Source of the DNA: Phototrophicaceae bacterium
GTDB lineage: Bacteria > Chloroflexota > Anaerolineae > Aggregatilineales > Phototrophicaceae
Direction: 5' to 3'
Length of the DNA stretch: 64,000 nucleotides
NCBI GenBank assembly: GCA_049680565.1
Contig: JBAUIA010000411.1
Location: forward strand, 2,928-66,927
Part shown: piece by piece, positions 20,602 to 30,544 of the stretch
Position numbering within the stretch: the first letter of the stretch is position 1
How the letters are laid out: every line of letters begins with the position of its first letter
Translations under genes and position numbers: made by a program
The notes under the pieces: model-generated
The model's database searches: none
Told to the model about the DNA's origin: nothing
What the model saw: only the letters and a program-made list of their open reading frames with translations

Positions 20602-20754
20602 CTTGAAGAATCTCCTTTAGTTGTTGATGTGACACTCACATTTTAGAGGCTTTTTCTTGATGATTGCCAAAAAAGAGACATGCTTTGCCAATTTAATGTA
20701 AAAAGGCGCATCATAGTGAGATACGCCTTTGACAATTAGAAGTGCCTATAAAGA

Positions 20755-21927
20755 TTAGTCCAAGCGACCTAACAATAGCTCACGGGAGAAGGCTTCGCCC
20801 TTAGCACCATTTTCGTTATAGGTTGCAATACTGCCAGCGCGTTCACGTTCTGCCATCACTTTTTCGGCAGCTTTACGCACAACTGTTGCTTCACTATCCA
20901 TTGCATCGGCTAAAATTTCTTCACTGGCAGCCGACATTAAGCCCGCAGCAATCCGCACAATATGCGCTTTTACATCATCATCAAGTTCAAGTCGATAGGT
21001 CTTTTTGAGGATGCTTGACGTACGTTCATGGCGCATCCATGCCAAAGGCCAAATAGCTGCCATCCGCACATCGGCACTTTCATCGAGTAGGGCGGTTTCT
21101 AGTGCATCAATCATCAATTCTGAGGCATTTGATTTAGCGACATCAATCTTGAGATAATTGGTTGCATGGAAAAAGGCGAGTAGCACTTGTTGGAGGGTTT
21201 CGCCTGTTGTTCGCCCAATGACACCAGCGAGTTCTTGTAACCATCCTTCACCTGATAATTCTAATAAGCTCAATGTTGCAGCATATTTAACAGACGGTTC
21301 AGGGTCAAACATCGCTTCACGCACGACGGGCATTGCTTCTGGTACACCTGAAATTCCTAATGCTTCTAAGCCTTTAACCCGTACATCAGGATCAACCGCT
21401 TTAAGCACTTGCTTGAGTACAGGGATCGCTGCACTATCTTGTGTATCACGCAAACCGAATGCTGCTGCTTCTAGGACATTATCTTCTTCGCCGTCCAGCA
21501 CATCAATCATGAGATTATAGGCATTAAGATCGCCCATATCGCAGAGGGCATAAATAGTGGCTTCACGCACACGGGCATCACTATCCTTGAGGGCAGATTT
21601 AATCATTGTTTCGGCACTAAACCATGTAAATCCATATAGATGACGAGCCACACTTGCACGAGTTCTAGCACTCCCATTTTGGAGTGCATTTTCAATGATG
21701 AGGCGTGCATCACGATCACCACGTTTGCCGAGCAACTTTGCAGCATTGTAGCGCACGAAGAAATCATCACTATTAATCATCTCTTGCACGGCATCCAATG
21801 ATACATTTTCAGGAGATACCATATTCAGCATTGTACCGAGTCGGCGTAATGATAGGCGACGTTTGCCTTTTTCTAGCAAACCAGATGCTAGCATTGGTTC
21901 ACGTTTTGTTAACTGTGTTGTGCTCAT
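20755..21927 (-). CDS. HEAT-repeat (PBS-lyase/EZ-HEAT type) protein
   Basis: 390 aa. The motif D-x-x-VR-x-x-A-x-x-AL-G recurs, as in DARVREATIYALCDMGD, DPDVRVKGLEALGISG and SADVRMAAIWPLAWM. Confidence 0.8.
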   Translation of the reverse strand: MSTTQLTKREPMLASGLLEKGKRRLSLRRLGTMLNMVSPENVSLDAVQEMINSDDFFVRYNAAKLLGKRGDRDARLIIENALQNGSARTRASVARHLYGFTWFSAETMIKSALKDSDARVREATIYALCDMGDLNAYNLMIDVLDGEEDNVLEAAAFGLRDTQDSAAIPVLKQVLKAVDPDVRVKGLEALGISGVPEAMPVVREAMFDPEPSVKYAATLSLLELSGEGWLQELAGVIGRTTGETLQQVLLAFFHATNYLKIDVAKSNASELMIDALETALLDESADVRMAAIWPLAWMRHERTSSILKKTYRLELDDDVKAHIVRIAAGLMSAASEEILADAMDSEATVVRKAAEKVMAERERAGSIATYNENGAKGEAFSRELLLGRLD

Positions 21928-21949
21928 AGCAAGCTCCTTTGTGATGCGC

Positions 21950-23554
21950 CTATTGCAAGGTAACGACGACTTGGTTTTCGAGTAAAATTTTATTCTTCAT
22001 CATGTCAAAGACCGTCATCCGTAACTGACGACGATCATCAACTGTAAAATCAACTTTTAAGCGTGCTTCGCCAACTTGCCCCGGTGGATCAAGTTGCGCT
22101 AACATTCTAAGGGCATCTGTTTCATTCATTGGGATAATGCGTTGCTCGCTGCCCCCAGCATCTGCCACGAAAACTGCTTGTCCGTCTTCATATTTCACTT
22201 CAATCATGGAAACTGCATCGGTATCAATCTCACCAATGATAAATTCAATGCTTTCTTGGTCATCATGAGCAGCACTGAGCATGACTTCAATCGGCTTAGT
22301 GATAGGATAAGAACTGCCCATTGAGATGATCTCATCCCATGAATGGCTATCATCATCATCTAAATAGCGTAAACCATAACTATGTACGAGATAATCTTCC
22401 AATCCGTAACCGGCTGCGAGTTGTAATGCGCCTTCTGCAACAGCCGTGAAGGGCTTATCCGCACGGACTGCCATATCGGTAAAATATTGCCCCAATGTCC
22501 GTTGCACCGAGGGCATTAATGACGTGCCACCGACCATCAAAACATACTTAATATCTTCTTTATAGATACCGCGTTGGCGTGCAACGTGCATGACTTTATC
22601 AACAACACGTCGTAACGCTGTATAAAATTCATTGTCTTCGAGTAATTTTTCGAGTTCTTCGCGTGTGATGGCTAGCTTATGTGTTTCGTCATTGGCATCA
22701 AACTGAATATCAACCGTTTCTTCGACTGATAATTCAATTTTAGCACGCTCACATTCGGTAACTGTGGGGGTATAGGCTGTGCCTAAATCGCTGATTGTCA
22801 GCCCTGTTTTTTCGAGGACATACTGCAATAACCATTGGTCAATATCACTACCACCAATAATACGACCTGCTTTCGCAATAACACGCGCAGCATTTTTAGC
22901 AGCACTTTTTTGACCACCAATTAAATTTTTTAAGAATCCCCCAGTTTTACGTTGGTGCTCTGGCAATTGCACCAATGATAAATCGAGTGTGCCACCGCCA
23001 AAATCAAAAACAAGCACGACGGCACCGGGTTCTGTCACAGCGTAGCCCAGTGCAGCGGCTGTCGATTCATCCACGACACGGATTTTTTCAGGTGCAATAT
23101 CATCAATGACCTGATTCAACCATGCCAAGTACCCTTCAAAGGCAGCAACAGGGGCGGTTAGTACCAATTGGTCAATATCAGCATTATCATGAGGTAGCGC
23201 AGCTAATACTTGCTTGACAAAGTTTGCGCCTGCATCTCGATCCGCAAATTTGAGATCATCTATATCACGCGGTTCAGGCGCAGGGGTTGCAACAATACCA
23301 CGCTTGAAATTACGAAATAGCCGATTATCTTTTTGGCTATTTTTGCCTTGTTCACGTACTTCTTGCCCAATTGTAAATTTTCCGTTTACAGCATCATCAA
23401 CATAGATTAATGATGGCACAACAGGTGGACGATCTTCAACAGTTGTATCTGCAATCGCAGCAACTGTTAGAACATCCGCATCATTTTTTTCTTCATTCCA
23501 ACGGGCAACAACGCTATTGGTTGTCCCGAAATCAATTGCAATTTTATGACCCAT
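21950..23554 (-). CDS. Non-canonical Hsp70-family ATPase (short, lid-less)
   Basis: The actin-fold motifs IAIDFGTTNSVVA, VFDFGGGTLDLSLV and MVGGTSLMPSV are present. A beta-rich C-terminal domain follows, with no helical lid and no EEVD tail. It is 534 aa, against about 640 for DnaK. Confidence 0.85.
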   Translation of the reverse strand: MGHKIAIDFGTTNSVVARWNEEKNDADVLTVAAIADTTVEDRPPVVPSLIYVDDAVNGKFTIGQEVREQGKNSQKDNRLFRNFKRGIVATPAPEPRDIDDLKFADRDAGANFVKQVLAALPHDNADIDQLVLTAPVAAFEGYLAWLNQVIDDIAPEKIRVVDESTAAALGYAVTEPGAVVLVFDFGGGTLDLSLVQLPEHQRKTGGFLKNLIGGQKSAAKNAARVIAKAGRIIGGSDIDQWLLQYVLEKTGLTISDLGTAYTPTVTECERAKIELSVEETVDIQFDANDETHKLAITREELEKLLEDNEFYTALRRVVDKVMHVARQRGIYKEDIKYVLMVGGTSLMPSVQRTLGQYFTDMAVRADKPFTAVAEGALQLAAGYGLEDYLVHSYGLRYLDDDDSHSWDEIISMGSSYPITKPIEVMLSAAHDDQESIEFIIGEIDTDAVSMIEVKYEDGQAVFVADAGGSEQRIIPMNETDALRMLAQLDPPGQVGEARLKVDFTVDDRRQLRMTVFDMMKNKILLENQVVVTLQ

Positions 23555-23750
23555 TTAAAACTCCTGCGCTAGCAGATGATAAATACAGTTTAGAAATAAT
23601 AACCGCTTTCTAACTGTAGATTGTAGCGCAAATATGCGAGAGACTTAATTAAGATAAAGCAATCACAGATTATAGTCGTTTACAAACTGCTGTTACGTAC
23701 CTCGTTTTAGATCAGAGCAATTAAGTTAAGGGAAATCCTGAATTAGAAAT

Positions 23751-23831
23751 TTTTATGCTGAGTGCTGTGTGCTGAGTAAAGCCAAAAATTTCTCAGAACT
23801 CAGAACCATGAACACAGCACTCTTTTATGCT
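23751..23831. mobile_element. MITE-like miniature inverted-repeat element (63 bp) with a 9-bp target-site duplication
   Basis: The terminal inverted repeats GAGTGCTGTGT (23760-23770) and ACACAGCACTC (23812-23822) are perfect over 11 bp. They are directly flanked by identical TTTTATGCT at 23751-23759 and 23823-23831. Confidence 0.6.
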
Positions 23832-23924
23832 CAAATCTCGGCTGTGATGAACCGATTTAAATATTTTGCGTAAGGTCAGTTGCAAATTATGGCATGCGCT
23901 TATGATGTTATGCAGATATATCAC

Positions 23925-25652
23925 TCAACTCCCCGGATGGTAATCATGCAGAATAGACCCCCCAACAAACTCCCGTAGGAGTGATGTATCAGGAATCATT
24001 GCACTTTGTATCGCACTCAATGGTTGTACCCATTGCAAAAATGATAATAAGCGATTGGCTTCCAGATGAGGTGGCGTATTGGGTGTTACTTGTAAGAGTA
24101 ATGGCTCAACAATTGGACGGAGCGCAGCCAGTTCATAAGCTAATCCAGAATTGAACATCACATCAGCATTTTCTTGATAGGGGAAGATATTCCGTTTTTC
24201 ACCCCGTCTGACACTGCTCCAACGGGTAAGTGTATCAGTTGCCGAGTAACCCCGTCCGCGAGCATCTCGCATGATACGACGCAATAAACGCACATCCGTT
24301 GTTGGGACGCGGTTATGGCTATCAATATTAAGCTGCGACAGTACCGATACATAAATGCGGAAAATATTATCGGATGGCACTTGATCCAGTAATTTTGGAT
24401 TCATCCCATGAATACCCTCAAGGATGATAATTTGATTGCTGTCAATCTGAGCGATTTTACCGAGATGCGGAATCCCTGTATGAAAGTTGAACTTCGGTAA
24501 TTGCACTTCCTCGCCCTGCATTAAGCGTAATAGATGATTATTGAGTAGATCACGATCTAGCGCATCAATGGACTCGAAATCATATTCACCATGCGCGTCC
24601 CGAGGTGTTTTATCACGGGCTACAAAATAATTATCCATTTCAACAGTAAATGGACGCAAGCCCAGCGCCAATAATTGGATCGCTAATCGTTTTGAAAATG
24701 TTGTTTTGCCTGATGATGAAGGACCTGCAATCAGGATAATTCGCGCCCCATGTTGATGGCGTTCGAGAATTTGCGTTGCAATATTTGCGACATTTTGCTC
24801 GTGTAAGGCTTCTGCAATTAAGATCAGTTCTTGAATATCGCCATGTTGGACAATGTGATTGAGTCGTCCTATATCTTCGATATTGAGTTTGGCTAACCAG
24901 CCATCAGATTGCTTAAATACGCGATGTAGCTGGTCATATAAATTGAGTTGGCGTAGTGTTGTTGGCGATTCCTTGCGAGGATATTGCAGAACGAAAGCAT
25001 CCTCAAAATGAATTAACTTGAAAACTTGTAAGTAGCGTGTCGAAGGTAACATATAGCCAAAGTAATAATCATCTTGTTGCGCCAAAGAATAGAGGGTCAG
25101 TGTTTCTTGGGTGCGATAGGTTAATAAGCGAACTTTATCTGTATTGCCACGCTCAGAAAATAGCTTTATGGCATCAGCAGTGCTGATAACACGTTTGGTA
25201 ATGGCTATGTCTTCTACAACCATCTCTCGCATCTTTGCATCAATCTTGTCAATTTCTTCAACCGTAAATGGCTCACGGTTAGATAATTCACAGTAGAAGC
25301 CACCATCGCGTACTGCATAACTCACATTGACTTGCACACCTGACCAAAGTTGCTCAATAGCAGCCGTTAATAAGAGGACTAATGAACGCCGATAAATACG
25401 CCCACCATCGCTATCGGCTAGTGTAACAGGTTTGACGATAGCATCTTTATTGACGATATAATTGAGTTCGCGCAACTTTCCATCAACTACTGCTCCCATT
25501 GGTGTTGCATCAAATGTGAATAAATGTTGTGCTTGGGCTGCATCAAAAAACTGCTCGATTGTTGTGCCTTTATTCCCCCCTAAAATTAAATGATTAGGCA
25601 GTGTAATTTGTACATCTTGTCTGCTTGTTGTAATTTGTTGTACTGTTGTCAT
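23925..25652 (-). CDS. TGS/ThrRS-SAD-like N-terminal region fused to a uridine-kinase/PRK-family P-loop kinase
   Basis: The start is placed at MTTVQQITT, with a GAGG RBS 7 nt upstream; the track start is 25685. The N-terminus (ITLPNH...GAVVDGKLRELN..., RIYRRSLVLLLTAAIEQLW, GGFYCEL) parallels the ThrRS TGS and second-additional domains. The kinase part has IILIAGPSSSGKTTFSKRLA. Confidence 0.7.
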   Translation of the reverse strand: MTTVQQITTSRQDVQITLPNHLILGGNKGTTIEQFFDAAQAQHLFTFDATPMGAVVDGKLRELNYIVNKDAIVKPVTLADSDGGRIYRRSLVLLLTAAIEQLWSGVQVNVSYAVRDGGFYCELSNREPFTVEEIDKIDAKMREMVVEDIAITKRVISTADAIKLFSERGNTDKVRLLTYRTQETLTLYSLAQQDDYYFGYMLPSTRYLQVFKLIHFEDAFVLQYPRKESPTTLRQLNLYDQLHRVFKQSDGWLAKLNIEDIGRLNHIVQHGDIQELILIAEALHEQNVANIATQILERHQHGARIILIAGPSSSGKTTFSKRLAIQLLALGLRPFTVEMDNYFVARDKTPRDAHGEYDFESIDALDRDLLNNHLLRLMQGEEVQLPKFNFHTGIPHLGKIAQIDSNQIIILEGIHGMNPKLLDQVPSDNIFRIYVSVLSQLNIDSHNRVPTTDVRLLRRIMRDARGRGYSATDTLTRWSSVRRGEKRNIFPYQENADVMFNSGLAYELAALRPIVEPLLLQVTPNTPPHLEANRLLSFLQWVQPLSAIQSAMIPDTSLLREFVGGSILHDYHPGS

Positions 25653-25757
25653 ATAAACCTCGTTAGAACCTCGTATGTCGATCACTAAGTGACCTAATGC
25701 AAATGTATTTTATGCTATACTGAATATGTTACGCCCATGATATGAACAGGCAAATCT

Positions 25758-26351
25758 TTGATGTCTCAGAACCCAAATGAAAATGATAATAAACCATCTA
25801 GCTCGGATGATAATGAAATCAACACCACCCATGATAAAGGTATTGTAAACCCAAAATCAGATAATGATATGCGTGCAACATCGACTGTGAAGCGATTTTC
25901 GCCAAGAAGTCGTCAGCAGAAACTTGATCCAACGAATGATACCAATGTGATTCCTAAAAGCAGGCTTGCACGCATTCTCCAGAAACAAACTGATGAGAAC
26001 TATAGCACAATGTCATTAGGTGTTAAGCAAGAAGTCATTCTGCTGGTGCGTGGGATGGTTGAACGTATTGTCATGGTTGAGGGTGAAAGATATAGTCTTG
26101 GTCGCTTTGAAATTGGTGCTTCTGCGGATAATGAAATTGATATGACACCCTATGGCGCACAAGATCGTGGTGTATCACGCTTACATGCAGAGTTACAAAT
26201 TATTGATAGCATTGTACACATCACAGACTTGGGCAGCACCAATGGTACGTTCATCAATGGACAACAGCTAACACCCAATGAGTCTACTGCCTTACGCAAG
26301 GGTGATGATATTCTATTAGGACGTTTAGGCATTCAAGTTCTTTTCAGATGA
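25758..26351 (+). CDS. FHA domain protein
   Basis: The C-terminal FHA pattern is present: GVSRLHAEL...ITDLGSTNGTFINGQQL...GDDILLG. The N-terminus is low-complexity. Confidence 0.85.
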   Translation: MMSQNPNENDNKPSSSDDNEINTTHDKGIVNPKSDNDMRATSTVKRFSPRSRQQKLDPTNDTNVIPKSRLARILQKQTDENYSTMSLGVKQEVILLVRGMVERIVMVEGERYSLGRFEIGASADNEIDMTPYGAQDRGVSRLHAELQIIDSIVHITDLGSTNGTFINGQQLTPNESTALRKGDDILLGRLGIQVLFR

Positions 26352-26443
26352 TGAGCGCATAATTGAATTATGCGATGTTTGATGCTTTACGCAGGGTATC
26401 AGCTTGCTATAATCCACTCGATTAACTTAGTAAAGGTGGACTT

Positions 26444-27007
26444 ATGCCAGCAGCATACGAAAAATACCTCAAAGAAGTCTTAATTGATGCCGAAGCGCTG
26501 CAAGACCGTGTTGCACAACTTGGGGAACAATTATCGCAAGACTATACTGAAGATGATGACCTCTTGCTAATTTGTATTCTAAAAGGTGGGGTCATGTTCC
26601 TCACTGATCTCATACGCCATATAGATGTTCCTCACGAAATTGATTTTATGGCAGCCAGTAGCTATGGTGTTGGTAAACGTGAAACAACAGGGGCTGTCCG
26701 CATTGATATGGATATTACATCATCTGTGCAAGGGCGACACGTTGTCATTATTGAAGATATTATTGATAGTGGCTATACACTCCGTTTTGTACTCGATACA
26801 CTAGAAGCACGTAAACCTGCTAGCCTCAAATTATGTACATTGCTCAATAAAGCCTCACGCCGAGAAGTCGATATACCGCTTGATTATGTGGGCTTTGAAA
26901 TTGACAATAAATTTGTTTTTGGCTACGGACTTGACCTAGATGAAAAATATCGTAACGTCCCATTTATTGGGGTTGTTAACGAGGAGGCACTCCCGAAGGA
27001 TGACTGA
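26444..27007 (+). CDS. hpt: Hypoxanthine(-guanine) phosphoribosyltransferase
   Basis: The PRPP-binding motif VVIIEDIIDSGYTL and the motif KGGVMF are present. 187 aa. Confidence 0.92.
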   Translation: MPAAYEKYLKEVLIDAEALQDRVAQLGEQLSQDYTEDDDLLLICILKGGVMFLTDLIRHIDVPHEIDFMAASSYGVGKRETTGAVRIDMDITSSVQGRHVVIIEDIIDSGYTLRFVLDTLEARKPASLKLCTLLNKASRREVDIPLDYVGFEIDNKFVFGYGLDLDEKYRNVPFIGVVNEEALPKDD

Positions 27008-28451
27008 TTTAACCCCCCACAAGCCACAAACGCGCCTGATGCTATGGTCAGATACGATTCTGGATATGCAAGAGAAAATTCTCACACTCAATCTGGATGT
27101 GCCTGTTTATATCATTGGTGGGGCTGTGCGGGATTCTTTCTTGCATTTTCCTGTTAAAGATATTGATCTGGCTACACCGCGTGATTCCATTAAAGTAGCC
27201 CGTAAGATAGCCAACGCTTTTGATGGCGATATTTTTATCATGGATGAAGAACGTGGTGTCGCACGCGTTCTTGTCGATACAGATGATGGACTATTAACCA
27301 TTGATGTTGCAGCCTATCGTGGTGATGATTTACGAGCAGATATTGTCGGACGTGATTTTACAGTCAATGCAATGGCTGTTGATCTCTTAGGCGATTTGCA
27401 GTTATTGATTGATCCGCTTAATGGCGAAGATGATGCCACCAAAAAAGTAATTCGACGGTGTTCACCTCAATCCATTGCGGATGATCCCATTCGGGCATTA
27501 CGGGCTGTGCGCCAAAGTACCCATATGAAATTCCGTATTGAACCTGAAACGATTAAAGATATTCGGCAATATGGCGTTCATATCATGGAAACATCGCCTG
27601 AACGGGTGCGTGATGAATTTTTCAAAATCCTTGGCTTAAAACGTGCGCCAATTGCGATTAAGGTTTTGCATCAATTAGGCTTTCTCCAGCAAATTGTGCC
27701 AGAAATTCAATCACTTGATGGTAAAGAACTACCAGAACCGCATGTGTTTGATGGCTGGAAAAACGCTGTTGAAACAGTCGAAAATATTGTCGGGATTATG
27801 GATACAATCAATTATCGGCGGAGTGACTCAACGGCTGCATCATTTGCTTATGGGATGGTTGCCATGCAATTAGATCGCTTCCGTAAAGACTTAAATGAAC
27901 GGCTTGCAATCACTTACCCTGAAGGACGTTCACATAGCGCTCTGCTAGTCTTAGCAGCCTTAATTCATGGTGTCGATCATCCTATAGAAGCAGCATCACA
28001 GATTGCTGATGATTTACGATTGAGTAATCCAGAGAAAAAACGCTTAATTCGCATGATTGCAAATTATCATATAACGCAACAAGTCAATTATGATGTCCCC
28101 TTGGAAGCACATCGTTTTTGGTATCCCATTGGTGATAGTGGCATTGATGCTGTTTTATTGGGGTTGGCAGATTATCTAGCTATTTATGGTAATGAACTCA
28201 AACAAGACGATTGGCTGGTTCAAGTTGAGCGTGCCTTGATGTTGTTATTTAATTACTATATCCAACACGATACAGTTGTAGCGCCGACTCCTTTGATTAA
28301 TGGCAATGATTTGATGAAACATTTTGATCTTGAAGGGGGGCGTGTTATCGGTGACGTGCTGACAATATTACGTGAAGCTCAAGTAACAGGCGAGATCACA
28401 TCATCCGACGAGGCATTACGACGTGCCGAGCAATATTTAGCCCAACAATAA
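26999..28451 (+). CDS. cca: CCA-adding enzyme / poly(A) polymerase-family tRNA nucleotidyltransferase with a C-terminal HD-like region
   Basis: The start is placed at MTDLTPHK, overlapping the hpt stop by 9 nt; the track start is 26940. Head-domain motifs GGAVRD, DIDL and RDFTVNAM are present. Confidence 0.85.
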
Positions 28452-28483
28452 CGATTAAGGGGGCATCATAGTCCCCTCAATCA

Positions 28484-28894
28484 TTAGGCTAATTCGATCA
28501 GGCGTTCTTGAGCATCACTTTCTGGCACTTCAAAATGATTGCTCATTGCTTTGGGATTTTTCATGCTGCTGGTTAAACCAATGACCATCTCACGGGGCAT
28601 AATCAGCATGCGTGCGAAGGCATTAAGCAAGTCTTCGTCGTTCATCAACGATGATAATTGATGGTGTTCTCCCCATTCACTGAGGACAATATGTCGTGCC
28701 AGTAGGCGAGCCAATGACATACGAGGCGAATAGCGCTGCTTGATACTCATAAAGCTCCCTGACAAATTGTTGACATCAACTTCTTCCCACATATTTTCTT
28801 GTGGATGACGTAACATCAATTCAATGGGTACAGGTGGGGCATAAACTTCAAAAATCTCGCATAATTTTTGTGCAATATCTTCTAATCGATCCAT
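28484..28894 (-). CDS. Hypothetical protein (136 aa)
   Basis: The start is placed at MDRLEDIAQ, 19 nt after the rsmD stop. The longer track ORF (to 29119) would overlap rsmD by about 200 nt. No catalytic motif was recognised. Confidence 0.5.
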   Translation of the reverse strand: MDRLEDIAQKLCEIFEVYAPPVPIELMLRHPQENMWEEVDVNNLSGSFMSIKQRYSPRMSLARLLARHIVLSEWGEHHQLSSLMNDEDLLNAFARMLIMPREMVIGLTSSMKNPKAMSNHFEVPESDAQERLIELA

Positions 28895-28913
28895 ATCCAA
28901 AATAGTATTACTC

Positions 28914-29474
28914 CTATGTGGTGATTGATTCAAAAAACCAAAGTAGGGTATTGCCATACGTTCGTTGATCGTAATCGCGCATGTGACGGAATAAGGCATC
29001 TTCATGTTCTTTAGGATCAATTTGCACAATGACGATGGTTGTGGGTGATAACCAAGCTGGATTTTTATCAAGCGCGTGCATAATATCCAACCAGACTCCC
29101 TTATATTGAGGTGGCGCAATGTAGATATAATCGAATGTGCGAGGTGGTTTAGCTTGTAGCACTTTTAAGGCATCCGCCATTTGCACATCCGCTAAGGTAT
29201 CTAGTTTTGTAGACTTTAGATTATCATGGATCGTTTGTATTGCAGAACGATTAAATTCATTGAACAAAACATATTCTGCTCCTCGGCTCAAGGCTTCAAT
29301 GCCGACTGCGCCTGTCCCTGCAAATAGATCAAGAACGCTTGTTTGATAGATGCTCTGATTGATAATGTTAAATAGAGATTCTTTGACCTTATCGGTTATA
29401 GGACGGGTACTATCTCCCGGTACGAGTTGCAATCGTTGTCCCTTAGCAGTACCAGCAATAACGCGTGTAGACAT
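28914..29474 (-). CDS. rsmD: 16S rRNA (guanine966-N2)-methyltransferase
   Basis: Motifs RVIAGTAKGQRL, RPITDKVKESLFN and DLFAGTGAVGIEALSRGA (SAM binding) are present, and the DPPY-type motif appears as IAPPQY. Confidence 0.88.
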   Translation of the reverse strand: MSTRVIAGTAKGQRLQLVPGDSTRPITDKVKESLFNIINQSIYQTSVLDLFAGTGAVGIEALSRGAEYVLFNEFNRSAIQTIHDNLKSTKLDTLADVQMADALKVLQAKPPRTFDYIYIAPPQYKGVWLDIMHALDKNPAWLSPTTIVIVQIDPKEHEDALFRHMRDYDQRTYGNTLLWFFESITT

Positions 29475-29500
29475 AAACTTTTTTCTTTCAATTAATTCAA

Positions 29501-30529
29501 TTATCGCAAGGTCACATTAACGACTTCACGGGCAGAACGAAGATTAGAATGTGGGCTTGTCATCGGCATTGCATCCCCTGCACCTAAAATAAACCGTCGT
29601 CGCCCCATTGTGTTCATGGCTTCGCGTGCTGCCTCACGGATCATTGTAGGTGTCCCCAGATGGATATGTGTTTCTGCGCCTAACCCACCCCAAAATGCGC
29701 CATTAAAATCGAGTTGGATACGGTTTAATGATGGGCGTGCTTCTACATCCGACCAATTTAAGATCTGTATCGGAAGTGGTGCAAATAAATGGAGCATCGG
29801 CGCTCTACCGATAACCTGCACGCTATTGAGCCACCAATCAGGCGATAGATTATCTAAAATTTTAGTGTCGTAAGGCAAGCCAAATGCTTGATATTCTGCT
29901 TCTGATAAAACTGTATAAGATGCTAGTTCAGTTTGGTATAGAATACCATCAATTTGTGTATTGCGTCTGAGGGTCTCAATAAATCGTAGTGTGGTTTCTG
30001 TCAGACTATTCAAACCTGTTCGTAGGCGGTCAGGTTGTGTTCGCATACTACGAAAGAGTAAATCTTTACCACCAAGGAATAACGCTTGGGTGAGTGGGCT
30101 ATGAATCACTTGTATAATCGGTGTAGCAGGTAAGGCATCACGGATGAGTTGTAAACACTGTATCTGTTTACCAAATTGACCACGATTAGGATCAATAGGT
30201 CGCAAATCTGTCCAATGCAATGATCGTTGCACAGGCGTTTTTATGATGGTGCGTTTTCCTGTAGAAGCCCCTTGCCATTGATCTTGTAGCCCATAATCCA
30301 CAACCATAAAATGCTGTGATGGCGTAACCACTAAGAAATCCCAATCATACTGTTCCATGAAATTGACATGACTACGTGCCAAGTCCGCAGCACGTTGATC
30401 GTCACCTGCCCAATGTTGCCAAAGTGCAATCGGGACACGGTCTGTCAAATCACCGGCAATTGTTTTTTCGAGACGTTCGCGTTTTTCCATCATCAATATA
30501 GCACGAGACTGAATGCGTTGTGGGCGCAT
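29501..30529 (-). CDS. Uroporphyrinogen decarboxylase (URO-D)-family protein, likely not HemE
   Basis: 342 aa. The N-terminus KRERLEKTIAGDLTDRVPIALW fits the URO-D/MtaA-like fold family. The substrate is unknown. Confidence 0.55.
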   Translation of the reverse strand: MRPQRIQSRAILMMEKRERLEKTIAGDLTDRVPIALWQHWAGDDQRAADLARSHVNFMEQYDWDFLVVTPSQHFMVVDYGLQDQWQGASTGKRTIIKTPVQRSLHWTDLRPIDPNRGQFGKQIQCLQLIRDALPATPIIQVIHSPLTQALFLGGKDLLFRSMRTQPDRLRTGLNSLTETTLRFIETLRRNTQIDGILYQTELASYTVLSEAEYQAFGLPYDTKILDNLSPDWWLNSVQVIGRAPMLHLFAPLPIQILNWSDVEARPSLNRIQLDFNGAFWGGLGAETHIHLGTPTMIREAAREAMNTMGRRRFILGAGDAMPMTSPHSNLRSAREVVNVTLR

Positions 30530-30544
30530 GACACGCCCTTAGCA

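Noticed and set aside
20640-20754. The hairpin AAGGCG-(15 nt)-CGCCTT, considered as a firm terminator separating the HEAT gene from the BtrH_N-like gene.
   Set aside because: The stem is only 6 bp with a large loop and a modest T-run. It is too weak to annotate as a feature, so whether the BtrH_N-like gene belongs to the operon remains open.
28895-29119. An N-terminal extension of the 28484..29119 ORF that would overlap rsmD by about 200 nt.
   Set aside because: The extension is antisense-frame noise over the conserved rsmD 3' end. An internal Met (MDRLED, 28894) starts 19 nt after the rsmD stop and gives a non-overlapping gene.
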